Of a stretch of DNA of 52,651 bases, positions 25,262-35,400 are shown piece by piece (the first letter of the stretch is position 1; each line of letters opens with the position of its first letter). The stretch is from positions 1-52,651 of IMG/VR virus record IMGVR_UViG_3300037010_002190, one strand, 5' to 3'. The position numbers and the translations under genes were made by a program. The DNA is from a virus (lineage: Duplodnaviria; Caudoviricetes). The notes beneath the pieces were generated by a model, which was not told the origin of the DNA, searched no databases, and was given only the letters and a program-made list of their open reading frames with translations.

Positions 25262-26209
25262 ATGAAAAATCTTCGTAATCTTCTTAGAGAGACTGCTGCA
25301 GCTGGTTCCACAGGAGCTGGAAGTATTGCTGGGAGTCGAGGTTTATTGTTTGGGGGGAAACCTGCAAAACGTGTAAACAATTCCAACACGATTAAGGTTC
25401 AGAGAATAAAATTTCACAATGATTCTAGAGGACTGAGTGAGAGTTTGTTGAAACAATTTTTGGATGAAAAGGAAGATGGAAATTTTAAAAATATTGATAT
25501 TCTATCAAAATTGAAGGCAGCTCAGGCAAACTTTGATTTTGGCAAAGATTCTACCGCTTTTGGTTTAGAAGATGAAGAAGGCAACACAGTAAAAATTTAT
25601 GTAAGATATGATCAAGCTGAACAATTCGAGAGAACATTGTCAGAAATTTTACACGATTCATCTGAAGAAAAACAAGAAATCCCTGAAATTATTTTTAATC
25701 TTAAAGATAAATTTGATATTGTACATGTTGACTGGGGACGTATAGAAGAGGATGAAGAAGAAACACAAGGCCCTGACCAGGAGGGTGGTCAACCATCACT
25801 CGATCAAACCGCCGACAGTTCTGGAGAACAGTTGGATTTGGATCAGAGCACAGATGGTGCTGATGATAGTACCAGTGAAGATTCTGAAGATACCGATTCT
25901 GGTGATGAATCTTCAATCCTAGATAAAGTAATTTCAATGCTGAAGGCTGATGCAGACGCACGAACAGCAGAAGCAAAAGCAAAAGAAGCTGAATACAACT
26001 CAAAGGAAGCTGAGTATGCTGCCAAAGCAGCAGAAGAGAAGATTAAAGGTGAAGAAGAAGTTTTAGATATGGAAACATATTTCAAACAACAAAATGATGA
26101 GAAAAAAGAAGCTACTAAGTTAGCAAAATTGGCTCGGTTCCGTCATGAAAAAGCTCTTGAACAACGAGGGCAAGAAACTGATGATGAAATGGACACAGAT
26201 GAACTATAA
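25262..26209 (+). CDS. Acidic protein, possible prohead core/internal protein
   Basis: MKNLRNLLRE start, Asp/Glu/Ser-rich linker, C-terminal Ala/Lys/Glu coiled coil; late promoter. Confidence 0.6.
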   Translation: MKNLRNLLRETAAAGSTGAGSIAGSRGLLFGGKPAKRVNNSNTIKVQRIKFHNDSRGLSESLLKQFLDEKEDGNFKNIDILSKLKAAQANFDFGKDSTAFGLEDEEGNTVKIYVRYDQAEQFERTLSEILHDSSEEKQEIPEIIFNLKDKFDIVHVDWGRIEEDEEETQGPDQEGGQPSLDQTADSSGEQLDLDQSTDGADDSTSEDSEDTDSGDESSILDKVISMLKADADARTAEAKAKEAEYNSKEAEYAAKAAEEKIKGEEEVLDMETYFKQQNDEKKEATKLAKLARFRHEKALEQRGQETDDEMDTDEL

Positions 26210-26615
26210 ACTAACTTTCAAACAATTTTTAATGGGGGAAGATGGAGCTCCAACAGCTCCAACAGCTCCAACACCACAATCAACTTCTGATTCAAGTAAC
26301 GTTGCTCAAATTAATCAACAATTAAGCCAAGTGCAACAACAGATCAACGTTGTGCAGAAGCGGATTAGTCAATTACAACCTGCAGCACAAGGGCCTAATC
26401 AGCAAGCAAACACTGCAAATGCTGCTCAACTAGCTTCTTTAACAAACAGCCTGAAGGGGTTTCAACAAAGACAACAACAGTTACAAGCTAGCCTGGCTGC
26501 AGCACAATCTCAACAAAACAATCAACAAAACAATCAACAAAATAATCAACAAAATAATCAACAACAAAGTCAGACAAATACTGGAAATGGACAAACCTCA
26601 AATGGTGTTGGCTGA
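26199..26615 (+). CDS. Gln/Asn-rich coiled-coil protein
   Basis: Likely start ATG 26199 (MNYKLTFKQFLMGED); (APT)3 and (QQNN)4 repeats. Confidence 0.65.
   Translation: MNYKLTFKQFLMGEDGAPTAPTAPTPQSTSDSSNVAQINQQLSQVQQQINVVQKRISQLQPAAQGPNQQANTANAAQLASLTNSLKGFQQRQQQLQASLAAAQSQQNNQQNNQQNNQQNNQQQSQTNTGNGQTSNGVG
26247..26273 (+). repeat. 9-bp tandem repeat GCTCCAACA x3 (APT)
   Basis: Direct reading. Confidence 0.9.
26511..26558 (+). repeat. 12-bp tandem repeat CAACAAAAYAAT x4 (QQNN)
   Basis: Direct reading. Confidence 0.9.
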
Positions 26616-26618
26616 TCA

Positions 26619-27284
26619 ATGACTTTTCAACACGTACACATTCCAAAGTTCGAAGAAATGTCAACAAAGACCATTGACGGTCGTCGTTGGTATAAAACTC
26701 CGGAAGGTAATTATTATCCTTCAATCACTTCCGTGCTTGGAGCTAAAGAAAAACCGCATTTGGATCAATGGAGGAAGATGTTGGGAAACGAAAACGCTGA
26801 CAAAGAAACCGCTCGGTGTGCTGATCGTGGAACAGCTATCCATCTTATGGCAGAAAAGTATTTGAACAATGAAGAAGGGTTTACCACAGACCAGCCAATA
26901 GAATATATTAAATTGTTCAATCAGCTTAAACTTGCTTTAAAACGTATCAACAACATCCGCATTCAAGAAATCCCTCTCTACAGTGACACTTTGATGGTTG
27001 CTGGAAGAGTTGATTGCATCGCGGAGTTTGATGGAGTTCTGTCGGTAATAGATTTTAAAACTTCAAATAACAACAAAACTGACAGTATGATTGAAGATTA
27101 TTTTCTACAAGAAACATTCTATGCTCTTGCATATTACGAATTATATAAAGAGCATGTTAAACAAATCGTCACACTTATAACGGTGGAAAAGGGTATTGTT
27201 CCGCTTGTGTTCAAAAAAGACACAACTCCGTTTATCAACACTCTAGCTGATCGTATAGAAGAGTTCTACCAAAAACACGTTTAA
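26619..27284 (+). CDS. PD-(D/E)XK exonuclease of T4-like phages
   Basis: YPSITSVL, RGTAIH, E..LYS, AGRVDC, IDFKT, Q...YA. Confidence 0.85.
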   Translation: MTFQHVHIPKFEEMSTKTIDGRRWYKTPEGNYYPSITSVLGAKEKPHLDQWRKMLGNENADKETARCADRGTAIHLMAEKYLNNEEGFTTDQPIEYIKLFNQLKLALKRINNIRIQEIPLYSDTLMVAGRVDCIAEFDGVLSVIDFKTSNNNKTDSMIEDYFLQETFYALAYYELYKEHVKQIVTLITVEKGIVPLVFKKDTTPFINTLADRIEEFYQKHV

Positions 27285-27324
27285 TTTGTTACCTTTTGTG
27301 CTTTAACAGGCAGTTTTAGTTTTT

Positions 27325-27332
27325 GATAAATA
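27325..27332 (+). promoter_or_regulatory. Late-type promoter GATAAATA within an inverted repeat
   Basis: Core motif flanked by GTTTTAGTT (27313-27321) and AACTAAAAC (27332-27340). Confidence 0.5.
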
Positions 27333-27355
27333 ACTAAAACTTGAGGTTAAGCAAT

Positions 27356-28318
27356 ATGAATAATTTTGATTCAATAGACCAACTAAACAACACGTTCACA
27401 AAACAAGAACTACATCATATTCCTTCAGAGATTGTGATAGGTGAAATTCCGTTTGTCAAACGTGAAAGTCTTATCCCTACTAATATGGATGAACTGTTTG
27501 GTAGCAAAAAACTAGCTGTGTTGTATAGCGCCAAAGCTAACTCCTCTGATAAACGTCTCATCCTGGTTTGGAAGATGACTCGTGGTCTCACAATATCCCC
27601 CCTCGTTGCAAAGCTTATCAGTAAATATCGAACTGATGATCGAACTGTGAATGAGGCTACAAAAACTAAAGTAGACAAAGAACCAGAACCTGTTATTGGA
27701 GCTCACATAGAAGTAGTGTTAAACTCTTTTAACAACAGCAAACCTATCAGAGGCAAGGTTGATACAGGAGCTACCGTTTGTTCTTTGGATGCATCGAATA
27801 TCAACGTGAGGAAAGATCCATACGACTCAGAACAACATATTGTGGATTTTACATTTGAAGGCACAAAGTATTCCGTAGGTTTAGCTGAATTCCAATCTGT
27901 ACAATCAGCGTCTGGGGGAATGGAAAACCGACCTGTTGTAAGTTTTACTGTTAAATGTGAAGGGAAAACAATTCCTAATGTGCTATTTAATTTGAATGAT
28001 CGTAGTGGTATGGAGGACAAGATATTGGTTGGAATGAATTTATTGAATGCATTAGGAATTAAGATTGATCCTAAAAAAGAATCATTCGAAGATACGAGCC
28101 ATATAATTGAAGAAGATGAAATTGGAGATATGGAATACATAATGGAACAAATTGATGAAATCGATGAAGAAGAGATATACCAAACTCAGAAACACGAACA
28201 GTATGAAAAATTAAGTTCTTTGTATGAATATCTTTTGCAACAAAATATCCCTATGTCAGAATTATTACACTTTGTAAAAGAACACACAATAACAATTATA
28301 GAAAAAATGGAGTCATAA
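27356..28318 (+). CDS. Protein with retropepsin-like aspartic protease domain (RimK-associated/RimB-like)
   Basis: GKVDTGATVCSLDA, RPVV, FNLNDRS.M...LVG.N.L. Confidence 0.75.
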   Translation: MNNFDSIDQLNNTFTKQELHHIPSEIVIGEIPFVKRESLIPTNMDELFGSKKLAVLYSAKANSSDKRLILVWKMTRGLTISPLVAKLISKYRTDDRTVNEATKTKVDKEPEPVIGAHIEVVLNSFNNSKPIRGKVDTGATVCSLDASNINVRKDPYDSEQHIVDFTFEGTKYSVGLAEFQSVQSASGGMENRPVVSFTVKCEGKTIPNVLFNLNDRSGMEDKILVGMNLLNALGIKIDPKKESFEDTSHIIEEDEIGDMEYIMEQIDEIDEEEIYQTQKHEQYEKLSSLYEYLLQQNIPMSELLHFVKEHTITIIEKMES

Positions 28319-28322
28319 TTAT

Positions 28323-28952
28323 ATGAGAGCTGTAAACAAATCCCCTTTCCTTGTTTTTCAGAATTTTATATCCCCTTTATTATGTGAAAGCATTATTGAG
28401 ACATCAAACTTCACAGTACCAGATCTTGATAAAAAGGGGAAGCCAGTGAAGACTGTTCGAAGAAACGAAGAAGCAGAAGACATTATTTTTGAACGAATTC
28501 AAAATATCATTCCTCAAATCGAATCTCACTATGGGTCAAAGTATAAAGGAACAGAGAAACCAATTCTTGTAGAATGGTTTGATCAAGAGTCTGTAGGTGT
28601 GCTGGGATGTGAAAACAGTTCCTTCTTACGCTCTAAATGGGTTAGAACAAAGGATCGTGAATTTACTGGAATACTGTTTTTGACGGATTATCAAGAAGAT
28701 ACACCATTTGATTCTGATTTTGAAGTATATGGTGGGAAATTAGAATTTCCACAATGGAATTTTGGTTTCAACCCTCAGAGAGGAACGTTAATCATATTTC
28801 CGAGTGGTCCACATTTCATAAATGCGAATGCTAGTGTACACTATGGAGAATTACATCAAGTGAGATTCCACATCTCAGCTCAGACACCGTTTATGTTTGA
28901 TATTAGTAACTTTCCTGGGGATATAGATTCCTGGTTTAAAGATATTAAATAA
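28323..28952 (+). CDS. 2OG-Fe(II) oxygenase-fold protein (prolyl-4-hydroxylase-like)
   Basis: NFISP..C, T.ILFL.DY, GGKLEFP, PQRGTLIIFPS; iron ligands look atypical. Confidence 0.65.
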   Translation: MRAVNKSPFLVFQNFISPLLCESIIETSNFTVPDLDKKGKPVKTVRRNEEAEDIIFERIQNIIPQIESHYGSKYKGTEKPILVEWFDQESVGVLGCENSSFLRSKWVRTKDREFTGILFLTDYQEDTPFDSDFEVYGGKLEFPQWNFGFNPQRGTLIIFPSGPHFINANASVHYGELHQVRFHISAQTPFMFDISNFPGDIDSWFKDIK

Positions 28953-28954
28953 TT

Positions 28955-30352
28955 ATGAACAGACGTGAATATTCTGATGCTTTTCAAAATCCAAACTATC
29001 TTGGGGTAACAGTTGGCACTGTTGTAGATACAAACGACCCACAACAGTGCGGACGTCTTAAAGTTTTATGTCCAAGCTATGGGGACCATCCAAGTATAGA
29101 TGTGGGAGATCTTCCGTGGGCAATTTATTCTTCTCCATTTGGTGGAACGGTGAATAATGAGTATATAAAACGAGGAACAGATCAAAAAGAGTCATCTGGT
29201 CCTGTTGGATACGGGTTCTGGAATATTCCAAAGTTGGGGTCATCAGTATTGGTGACATGTATTGATGGAAATGCAATGTCGAGGGTTTGGGTAGGTTGCT
29301 TACACACAGAACGATTGAGCCACACTCTTCCACACGGAAGATTCATAATTGGGGAGGGAGGGGAGCCAGATGGACCTCTTGACTCATTTGAAGAACCCAT
29401 TCAACCTTTATATGATAATCAAACGAATGTGTTTGGAACTAGAAAAGGAAACTACGAATGGAGAACAAGGGGTGCAGATTACTCATTATCTTCTACTTCT
29501 CCAGGTTTTTATGTTCAGGATGGAATCAATGAAAAAGCTGATGACTTAGATGTGACACTAACATCAGCTGATGGGAAATCTGTTAATATAAGACAAGGGT
29601 ATGCATTGAGTCAGGTGGAACCGTTACTAGAATCTAAAACAACGGGAAAAAATTATGACTCTCAAGTGTATTCATGGACAACTCCTGGGTTTCACGCTAT
29701 TTCGATGGATGATAGAAAGGAAAACTGCAGGATTCGTGTAAGAACAACTGGAGGACATCAGATCATTTTAGATGATACGAATGAAAGAATTTATATAAGC
29801 ACGGCAAATGGGGCAAACTGGTTGGAGATGGATGAAGATGGAAACATTGATGTGTATTCTTCTAAAAAAATAAACATGCATACAGAAGGAGATATAAATT
29901 TTACATCAAATAAAACAATACGTATGTTTGCTGATGAAGCGATTCACATGTATACCAAAGATGTGCGTATTCAGACGATAAATGATTTTCATGTCCGTAC
30001 TGGAAAATCTTTAAAATTACACTCAGCTAGCACAATGATGTTACAATCCGATCAAACTTATCACTTAGACGTGTCATCGAGTATAATGATAACTACAGGG
30101 AAAACACTGAATCTCAAAGCAAGTGGGCAGATTCTGGAACAAGGTTCACAAATTCACTTTAATGGACCTGTTCCTGCATCAGCAGCTCCTGCGAATGAGG
30201 AGCCTGCAAAGTGGACGAATAGAATTCCTACTCATGAACCATACGCTAGAGGGACAACAGCATCTGATTTTTCTCACGCTCCTAAATACAGTTACGATGA
30301 CCCAACAGTGGGAAGTGAAGATAAAACTAGAGGACCTCATTGGAGACGGTGA
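28955..30352 (+). CDS. gp5: Baseplate hub/central spike (T4 gp5/VgrG-like), no lysozyme domain
   Basis: OB fold GTVVDTNDP...GRLKV, P..GS.VLV; T.GGHQIILDD; beta-helix-type C-terminal repeats. Confidence 0.85.
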   Translation: MNRREYSDAFQNPNYLGVTVGTVVDTNDPQQCGRLKVLCPSYGDHPSIDVGDLPWAIYSSPFGGTVNNEYIKRGTDQKESSGPVGYGFWNIPKLGSSVLVTCIDGNAMSRVWVGCLHTERLSHTLPHGRFIIGEGGEPDGPLDSFEEPIQPLYDNQTNVFGTRKGNYEWRTRGADYSLSSTSPGFYVQDGINEKADDLDVTLTSADGKSVNIRQGYALSQVEPLLESKTTGKNYDSQVYSWTTPGFHAISMDDRKENCRIRVRTTGGHQIILDDTNERIYISTANGANWLEMDEDGNIDVYSSKKINMHTEGDINFTSNKTIRMFADEAIHMYTKDVRIQTINDFHVRTGKSLKLHSASTMMLQSDQTYHLDVSSSIMITTGKTLNLKASGQILEQGSQIHFNGPVPASAAPANEEPAKWTNRIPTHEPYARGTTASDFSHAPKYSYDDPTVGSEDKTRGPHWRR

Positions 30353-30360
30353 CGTTTTAA

Positions 30361-30368
30361 TATAAATA
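30361..30368 (+). promoter_or_regulatory. T4-late-type promoter TATAAATA
   Basis: Perfect motif upstream of gp25. Confidence 0.7.
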
Positions 30369-30392
30369 TTTTATCTTATTGGATTTTAGATC

Positions 30393-30779
30393 ATGGCTCT
30401 ATATAAAGGTTTTACGACAAAAACTTACGGAAAATGTGTCGGAACAAAAGCAACTAATACAGGATTTTCTTTAACCGACATAGACCTCGTAAAACAAGAT
30501 TTGATAAACAATATCTTCACCCTTAGGGGGGAACGAGTGATGCAGCCGACATTTGGGACAACTATTCCAAATCTTCTGTTTGAACCGTTGGATGAAATTA
30601 CAGTATCATTAGTTGAAGAACAATTATTACAAGTGATAAGAAACGATCCTAGGGTACACCTACTCAATCTTTCAATGAATGTAGATCAAGATAACCATAT
30701 TGTAGCTGCAAACATTTTGTTGCAGTACGTAGAATTGAATATGGTTGATGGTTTTGAGCTCAACATTCAATTCGAATGA
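30393..30779 (+). CDS. gp25: Baseplate wedge/sheath initiator (gp25-like)
   Basis: D..LVKQDL.N...T.RGERVMQPTFG.....LLFEP, DPRV. Confidence 0.9.
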   Translation: MALYKGFTTKTYGKCVGTKATNTGFSLTDIDLVKQDLINNIFTLRGERVMQPTFGTTIPNLLFEPLDEITVSLVEEQLLQVIRNDPRVHLLNLSMNVDQDNHIVAANILLQYVELNMVDGFELNIQFE

Positions 30780-32354
30780 TTACTTTTGTGATGGAAGATT
30801 ATAAACCCAGACTGAATTACCACAATCCCATATTCGCTCATATTTGTTGAGTTTCATGTTTTGATATTCCGTAAGCAGTGGGTCAAACGTTTTTAATATT
30901 TTTGACAATTTGTGTTTTTGAAATTGTATTCTAGAATACGTTATATAATTACCTTTTTCTTGGTTAAAGTAAAAATAATTAGGAGCAGAGTTGTGTGACA
31001 AAACAAATCCTAATTGTTTATACATATTCCCAGTATTCCATCGTTTATCTGAGTATGTTACAATTGATGCATTGTTATATTTCCGTACGAAATACTTGAA
31101 CAATTTAGATGGACCTCCAACAACTGTAGTATAAAGTTCAGAACAATATCGGAGTAACTCAAATGAAGTCTTTTTCGTGTATCTTGCTTTTGAAAAAGAC
31201 ATACATGCTACCAATGTTTCGTTATAGAATAATCCTATAGTTAGGAATGCTGATTTGCAACTTCCTTGTATATGTGTGCGTTCAAAAAAATCATTTCCTA
31301 CCTGAGATGTAATTTCTCTCACTACACACTTTCTTGCGAATATCTTAGTATTAAAACCGAGCAGTGAAGATAGTCGTGATTTGATTTTTTCTGCAGACTT
31401 TAAATATTCGTGTTCAAATATGTGAATCAAACGAATTCCTTGTGTTTCACATTGTTGTGTTTTGTGTAAATGGTATAATGGTTCTTTGTAATGTTGACTG
31501 TGCCAGTATAAACCATCACACTCTATTGCTAGATTATAACTTGGAATGTATATGTCCAACTCTTGTGGGGATATAATATTTCTACTTTTTTCACAATACA
31601 CTCCTAACGATTGAACATATTCTCGTATTAAATTTTCAAACGATGAACTATGGTCTTGTGTTGGAATTTCCAGATGATCCAAAATCTTCGAAATATATGC
31701 TTGACTTACACCCAATTTTTCTGCTACCACAAAAGTGCTTTTGTACTGTTCATATAACTCAATCATTTGTTCCTTATTAGAAAGAATGTTTCTTGTTATA
31801 TCATTAATTTTAGATCTGTTATAATTAGTGTCACCATATCTGTCAATCATAGTTAAATCACGTTTAATTTTTACATTTTTATCTTGATATGCATACTCAA
31901 CACCCCGTTTTAATAAATTAGTTTGTCTACGTCTGGTGTCTGAATCTGAAATGCAAGCAGGACAATTAGGACTACAGAATTCGTTGAATGCTCTTTGTGT
32001 GGTAGTATTCCAACCTAGTTTACCCCCACATTTACATGTGGGTGCTTCTGTTGTATTATTTTTAATATAATACAATCGTTCACGTAATGTGCTCGTTTGA
32101 GGCAAGAATTGTGTTTTTGTCTGTATATGCTCCCAAATCTCAGCATCACTTTTACTTCTTGCAGATATGATTTTTCTTGTATCATCAACGACATCACACC
32201 ATTTAACAACATCATCTATAGTTTTGATATTTAGATATTGTCTAAGACGTTTGGATAGTGTACTAACATATATTCCATTATTAGCAGCAACTTCAGTTAT
32301 GGAAGCTGTTGTATTCAATATTGTTTGGATCATTTCTTCAGTATTTGTTATCAA
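30780..32354 (-). CDS. Putative homing endonuclease (Hef/DUF559-like nuclease with HTH and Zn modules and C-terminal GNAT-like domain)
   Basis: ELDIYIP..NLAIECDGLYWHS..GIRLIHIFE.E; ARKC.VREI, ELLRYC, TYSDKRW, IWDCG; antisense insertion between gp25 and gp6. Confidence 0.7.
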   Translation of the reverse strand: MITNTEEMIQTILNTTASITEVAANNGIYVSTLSKRLRQYLNIKTIDDVVKWCDVVDDTRKIISARSKSDAEIWEHIQTKTQFLPQTSTLRERLYYIKNNTTEAPTCKCGGKLGWNTTTQRAFNEFCSPNCPACISDSDTRRRQTNLLKRGVEYAYQDKNVKIKRDLTMIDRYGDTNYNRSKINDITRNILSNKEQMIELYEQYKSTFVVAEKLGVSQAYISKILDHLEIPTQDHSSSFENLIREYVQSLGVYCEKSRNIISPQELDIYIPSYNLAIECDGLYWHSQHYKEPLYHLHKTQQCETQGIRLIHIFEHEYLKSAEKIKSRLSSLLGFNTKIFARKCVVREITSQVGNDFFERTHIQGSCKSAFLTIGLFYNETLVACMSFSKARYTKKTSFELLRYCSELYTTVVGGPSKLFKYFVRKYNNASIVTYSDKRWNTGNMYKQLGFVLSHNSAPNYFYFNQEKGNYITYSRIQFQKHKLSKILKTFDPLLTEYQNMKLNKYERIWDCGNSVWVYNLPSQK

Positions 32355-32380
32355 TTTGATTCACTATTGTGTATTACATG

Positions 32381-32388
32381 TATTTATA
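32381..32388 (-). promoter_or_regulatory. T4-late-type promoter TATAAATA for the endonuclease
   Basis: Perfect motif on minus strand. Confidence 0.65.
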
Positions 32389-32433
32389 CTGAGTCGTCAG
32401 AGTTTGTAAGTATCAACTGTTGTTGGGGTTGAT

Positions 32434-32441
32434 GATAAATA
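32434..32441 (+). promoter_or_regulatory. Late-type promoter GATAAATA
   Basis: Upstream of the gp6-like gene. Confidence 0.6.
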
Positions 32442-32466
32442 AGTAAAAATAAAGTGGAACACATAT

Positions 32467-35400
32467 ATGAGCGGAAGAATAATATCAGTAGCTGAAAGTT
32501 GGCAAGCCGTTTATCAAGCCTATCAAAATGTAAATTTTACTGCGTTTGATTACCAAACAATTAAACAGAGTTTAATTGATTACATCAAGTTATACTTTCC
32601 AGAAAATTTTAACGATTTCATAGAATCATCTGAATTCATTGCTTTAATAGAATTATTTGCTTATCTCGGTGAGTTGATGGCGTATCGCGTTGATATGATG
32701 ACTCATGAGAATTTTTTACCAACTGCTCAGAGAAAACAGTCTGTTCTTAGATTAGCAAAGTTAATCGCTTATAATGCTTCTAGAAATATCCCTGCTCGTG
32801 GAATGGTTAAAATTACATCAGTATCTACCACAGAAACTGTATACGACTCGAATGGAACTAACCTAGCGGGGAGGAAAATAAATTGGAACGATCCTTCCAA
32901 CAGTAATTGGAAAGATCAATTTATTCTTGTAATGGACAGAGCTTTATCACAACCATTTGGAAGCGTGTTCCCTGCCGATCGCGTTCAAGTACAAAATGTG
33001 TTATTTGAATTATATTCTATGGAAAATGTTCCATTTAACCCTAACGTGATCCCATATTCGGTATCAGTTTCGGGACAGAATTATAACATGGAACTTGTTT
33101 CCGCCGCATTGAACGATAATGGTCCATACGAAAAACGACCTGAAATCAATGTTCCAATGAATATTTTATATGGCTCAGATGGTTTAGGAGATAGTTCATC
33201 CGGGACTGGCTTTTTCTTTTATACAAAACAAGGAAAACTGAATTTAATCTCTCAAACATTTGATGGTGTGACTCCTAACCAAACATTTGATATTGGTGTT
33301 ACAAATATCAACCAAACAGACGTTTGGGTTAATAATGTTAGTTCGGATACGCTTCAAATCATTACTGGCTCTGTTTCTTCAGGATCACCATTAATACAAT
33401 CAAATCGTAGTGGTGAATGGGTTCCAGTAGATTTAGCTCAAGCTCAAAACATTATATACAACACGAATATAATAAGAAATAAATATGAGATTGAAACTCT
33501 GAATAATGATGATGTGTTGTTTATATTTGGAGACGGAGAATTTGCAACTATCCCCAATGGGTTATTCCATTTTTGGGTTAGAACATCAGCCAACCTCGAT
33601 TTGGTTATCCCACAAAGTGCAATTAATAACATACCATCCAGTTTGACATATATCGACGTGAATGGAAACGGTCAAACTCTTTCTTTTACATTCTCAGCAA
33701 CAACTACTTTTCAGAATGCTGCTCCGTCTGAAGATATAGAACACATTCGCAGAATGGCTCCATCTGTATATTATACACAAGATCGGATGGTTAATGGAAA
33801 TGACTATAACTCATTCATGCTTCAAGATCAAACAATTTTAAAAATTGTTTCGTTTAACAGAACATTTGCAGGTGAGTCCAATTACACAAAATATCTAGAA
33901 TTTAATGATCCAAGTGGAGAGTATGATAATATTAAGATATTTGGGGATGATTTGTCATTGTTTGTTGATACAAACACAATAAATCTTCCTGATATCAATG
34001 CAGCTCTAAGTTCAACTGTTGTGGTTCAAAATTACGTTCAACCTCTATTGTCAAATATTGATTTATACATGACTAGGGCCATGAACGGGAATGATGGATA
34101 TGTAAATGTAACAACGTTCACACAAAGTGAAATTAATACCATATCAAACGTTGATTATTCTAGTCTAACAGCATATTTATTCTATAACACGTCTGTTAAT
34201 CCAGCAATATGGGATGTAGAAACAATCCAAGATGGAGCAAGTTTAGACCCTGTAACTGGTGACCCAATTGGGTTGGTCCATAATAGTAGTTATGCTTTAC
34301 CATGGGTAATTAGCATTACAAAAGGTTCCACCTCAGATTCGTGGAAAGTTTCATATAAGGGTTCAAAAATTATAGCTGAAAGTCCAAGCACAAAATTCTT
34401 CTCTGCAAATCAAAATCAAGTAGTAAATTTTGATTCCTTGGTTTCTGGGTATGACAGTATAGTAATTTTAAAAGCAAATGAACATAAAAACCGAACGGGG
34501 GTTTTGACATCCAATGTTGCTTTGACTGTAACTGGTCAGGAGTTTGTAACAACTGGTAGTGGGCCTATAACCGATATTGGTTTGCCAAACACGAGTCAAC
34601 TTAATGTCACATATCCCAACACTAATGGAAATTTGTTACCTGATTTTCCAAGTTCTGGTGTTCCTCTTAGTGATCTAATTGGGCCATCTATTAGCATAAC
34701 ACAGACAATGGTGACAGGGGCGGGTGGATCATATTTTTACGAATTCCCATTTCCTATACTTAGATCAGGATCAATCTCTGACATTCTAATAAGTCCGGCA
34801 ACTGCAATCGATACTTCTCACTCAGGTACTGCTGGTGGATTTATAACTCCTGTAACTGGTGTTGTTACAGGAGTATATCTCAAGAGTGCTGCATCAATCC
34901 AGATATCAGAGTATGTGTACTTAACAAGACCCACAACAGACAGTTATTGGTCTGTGATGGATACGACTCCAACAAACTTGGAGTTATTCCTCACAGATAC
35001 GGGAAATCTTTATGAGAGGAAGACCGGACGTAGTGGTTTTAATTTTATGTGGATGCACCGGACTCCAAACAACCGTTTGATTGACCCAGCTGCAATGAAT
35101 ATAATTGATACGTATATCGTAACTCGTGGATATTATCTAAATATGAGAAATTGGTTAAGTGGATTCTTACCAAATGAACCAGATGCCCCAACTCCATTAG
35201 ATTTATTGACATCTTATTCATATTTAATTAACAATAAGATGATATCTGACAGCTTGATATTACATACGGGTAAATTTAAAATTCTATTTGGAACTAATGC
35301 CCCTAATGAATTACAAGCTAGATTTAAGGTAATCAAATCTCAGAATTCGACACTAACGGACAATCAGATTAAGCTATCCATCATATCCAAAATTCAAAGT

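Noticed and set aside
26619-27284. Cas4/CRISPR system
   Set aside because: No Fe-S cysteine set, no other cas genes and no repeat-spacer array seen; it matches the ordinary T4-like phage exonuclease
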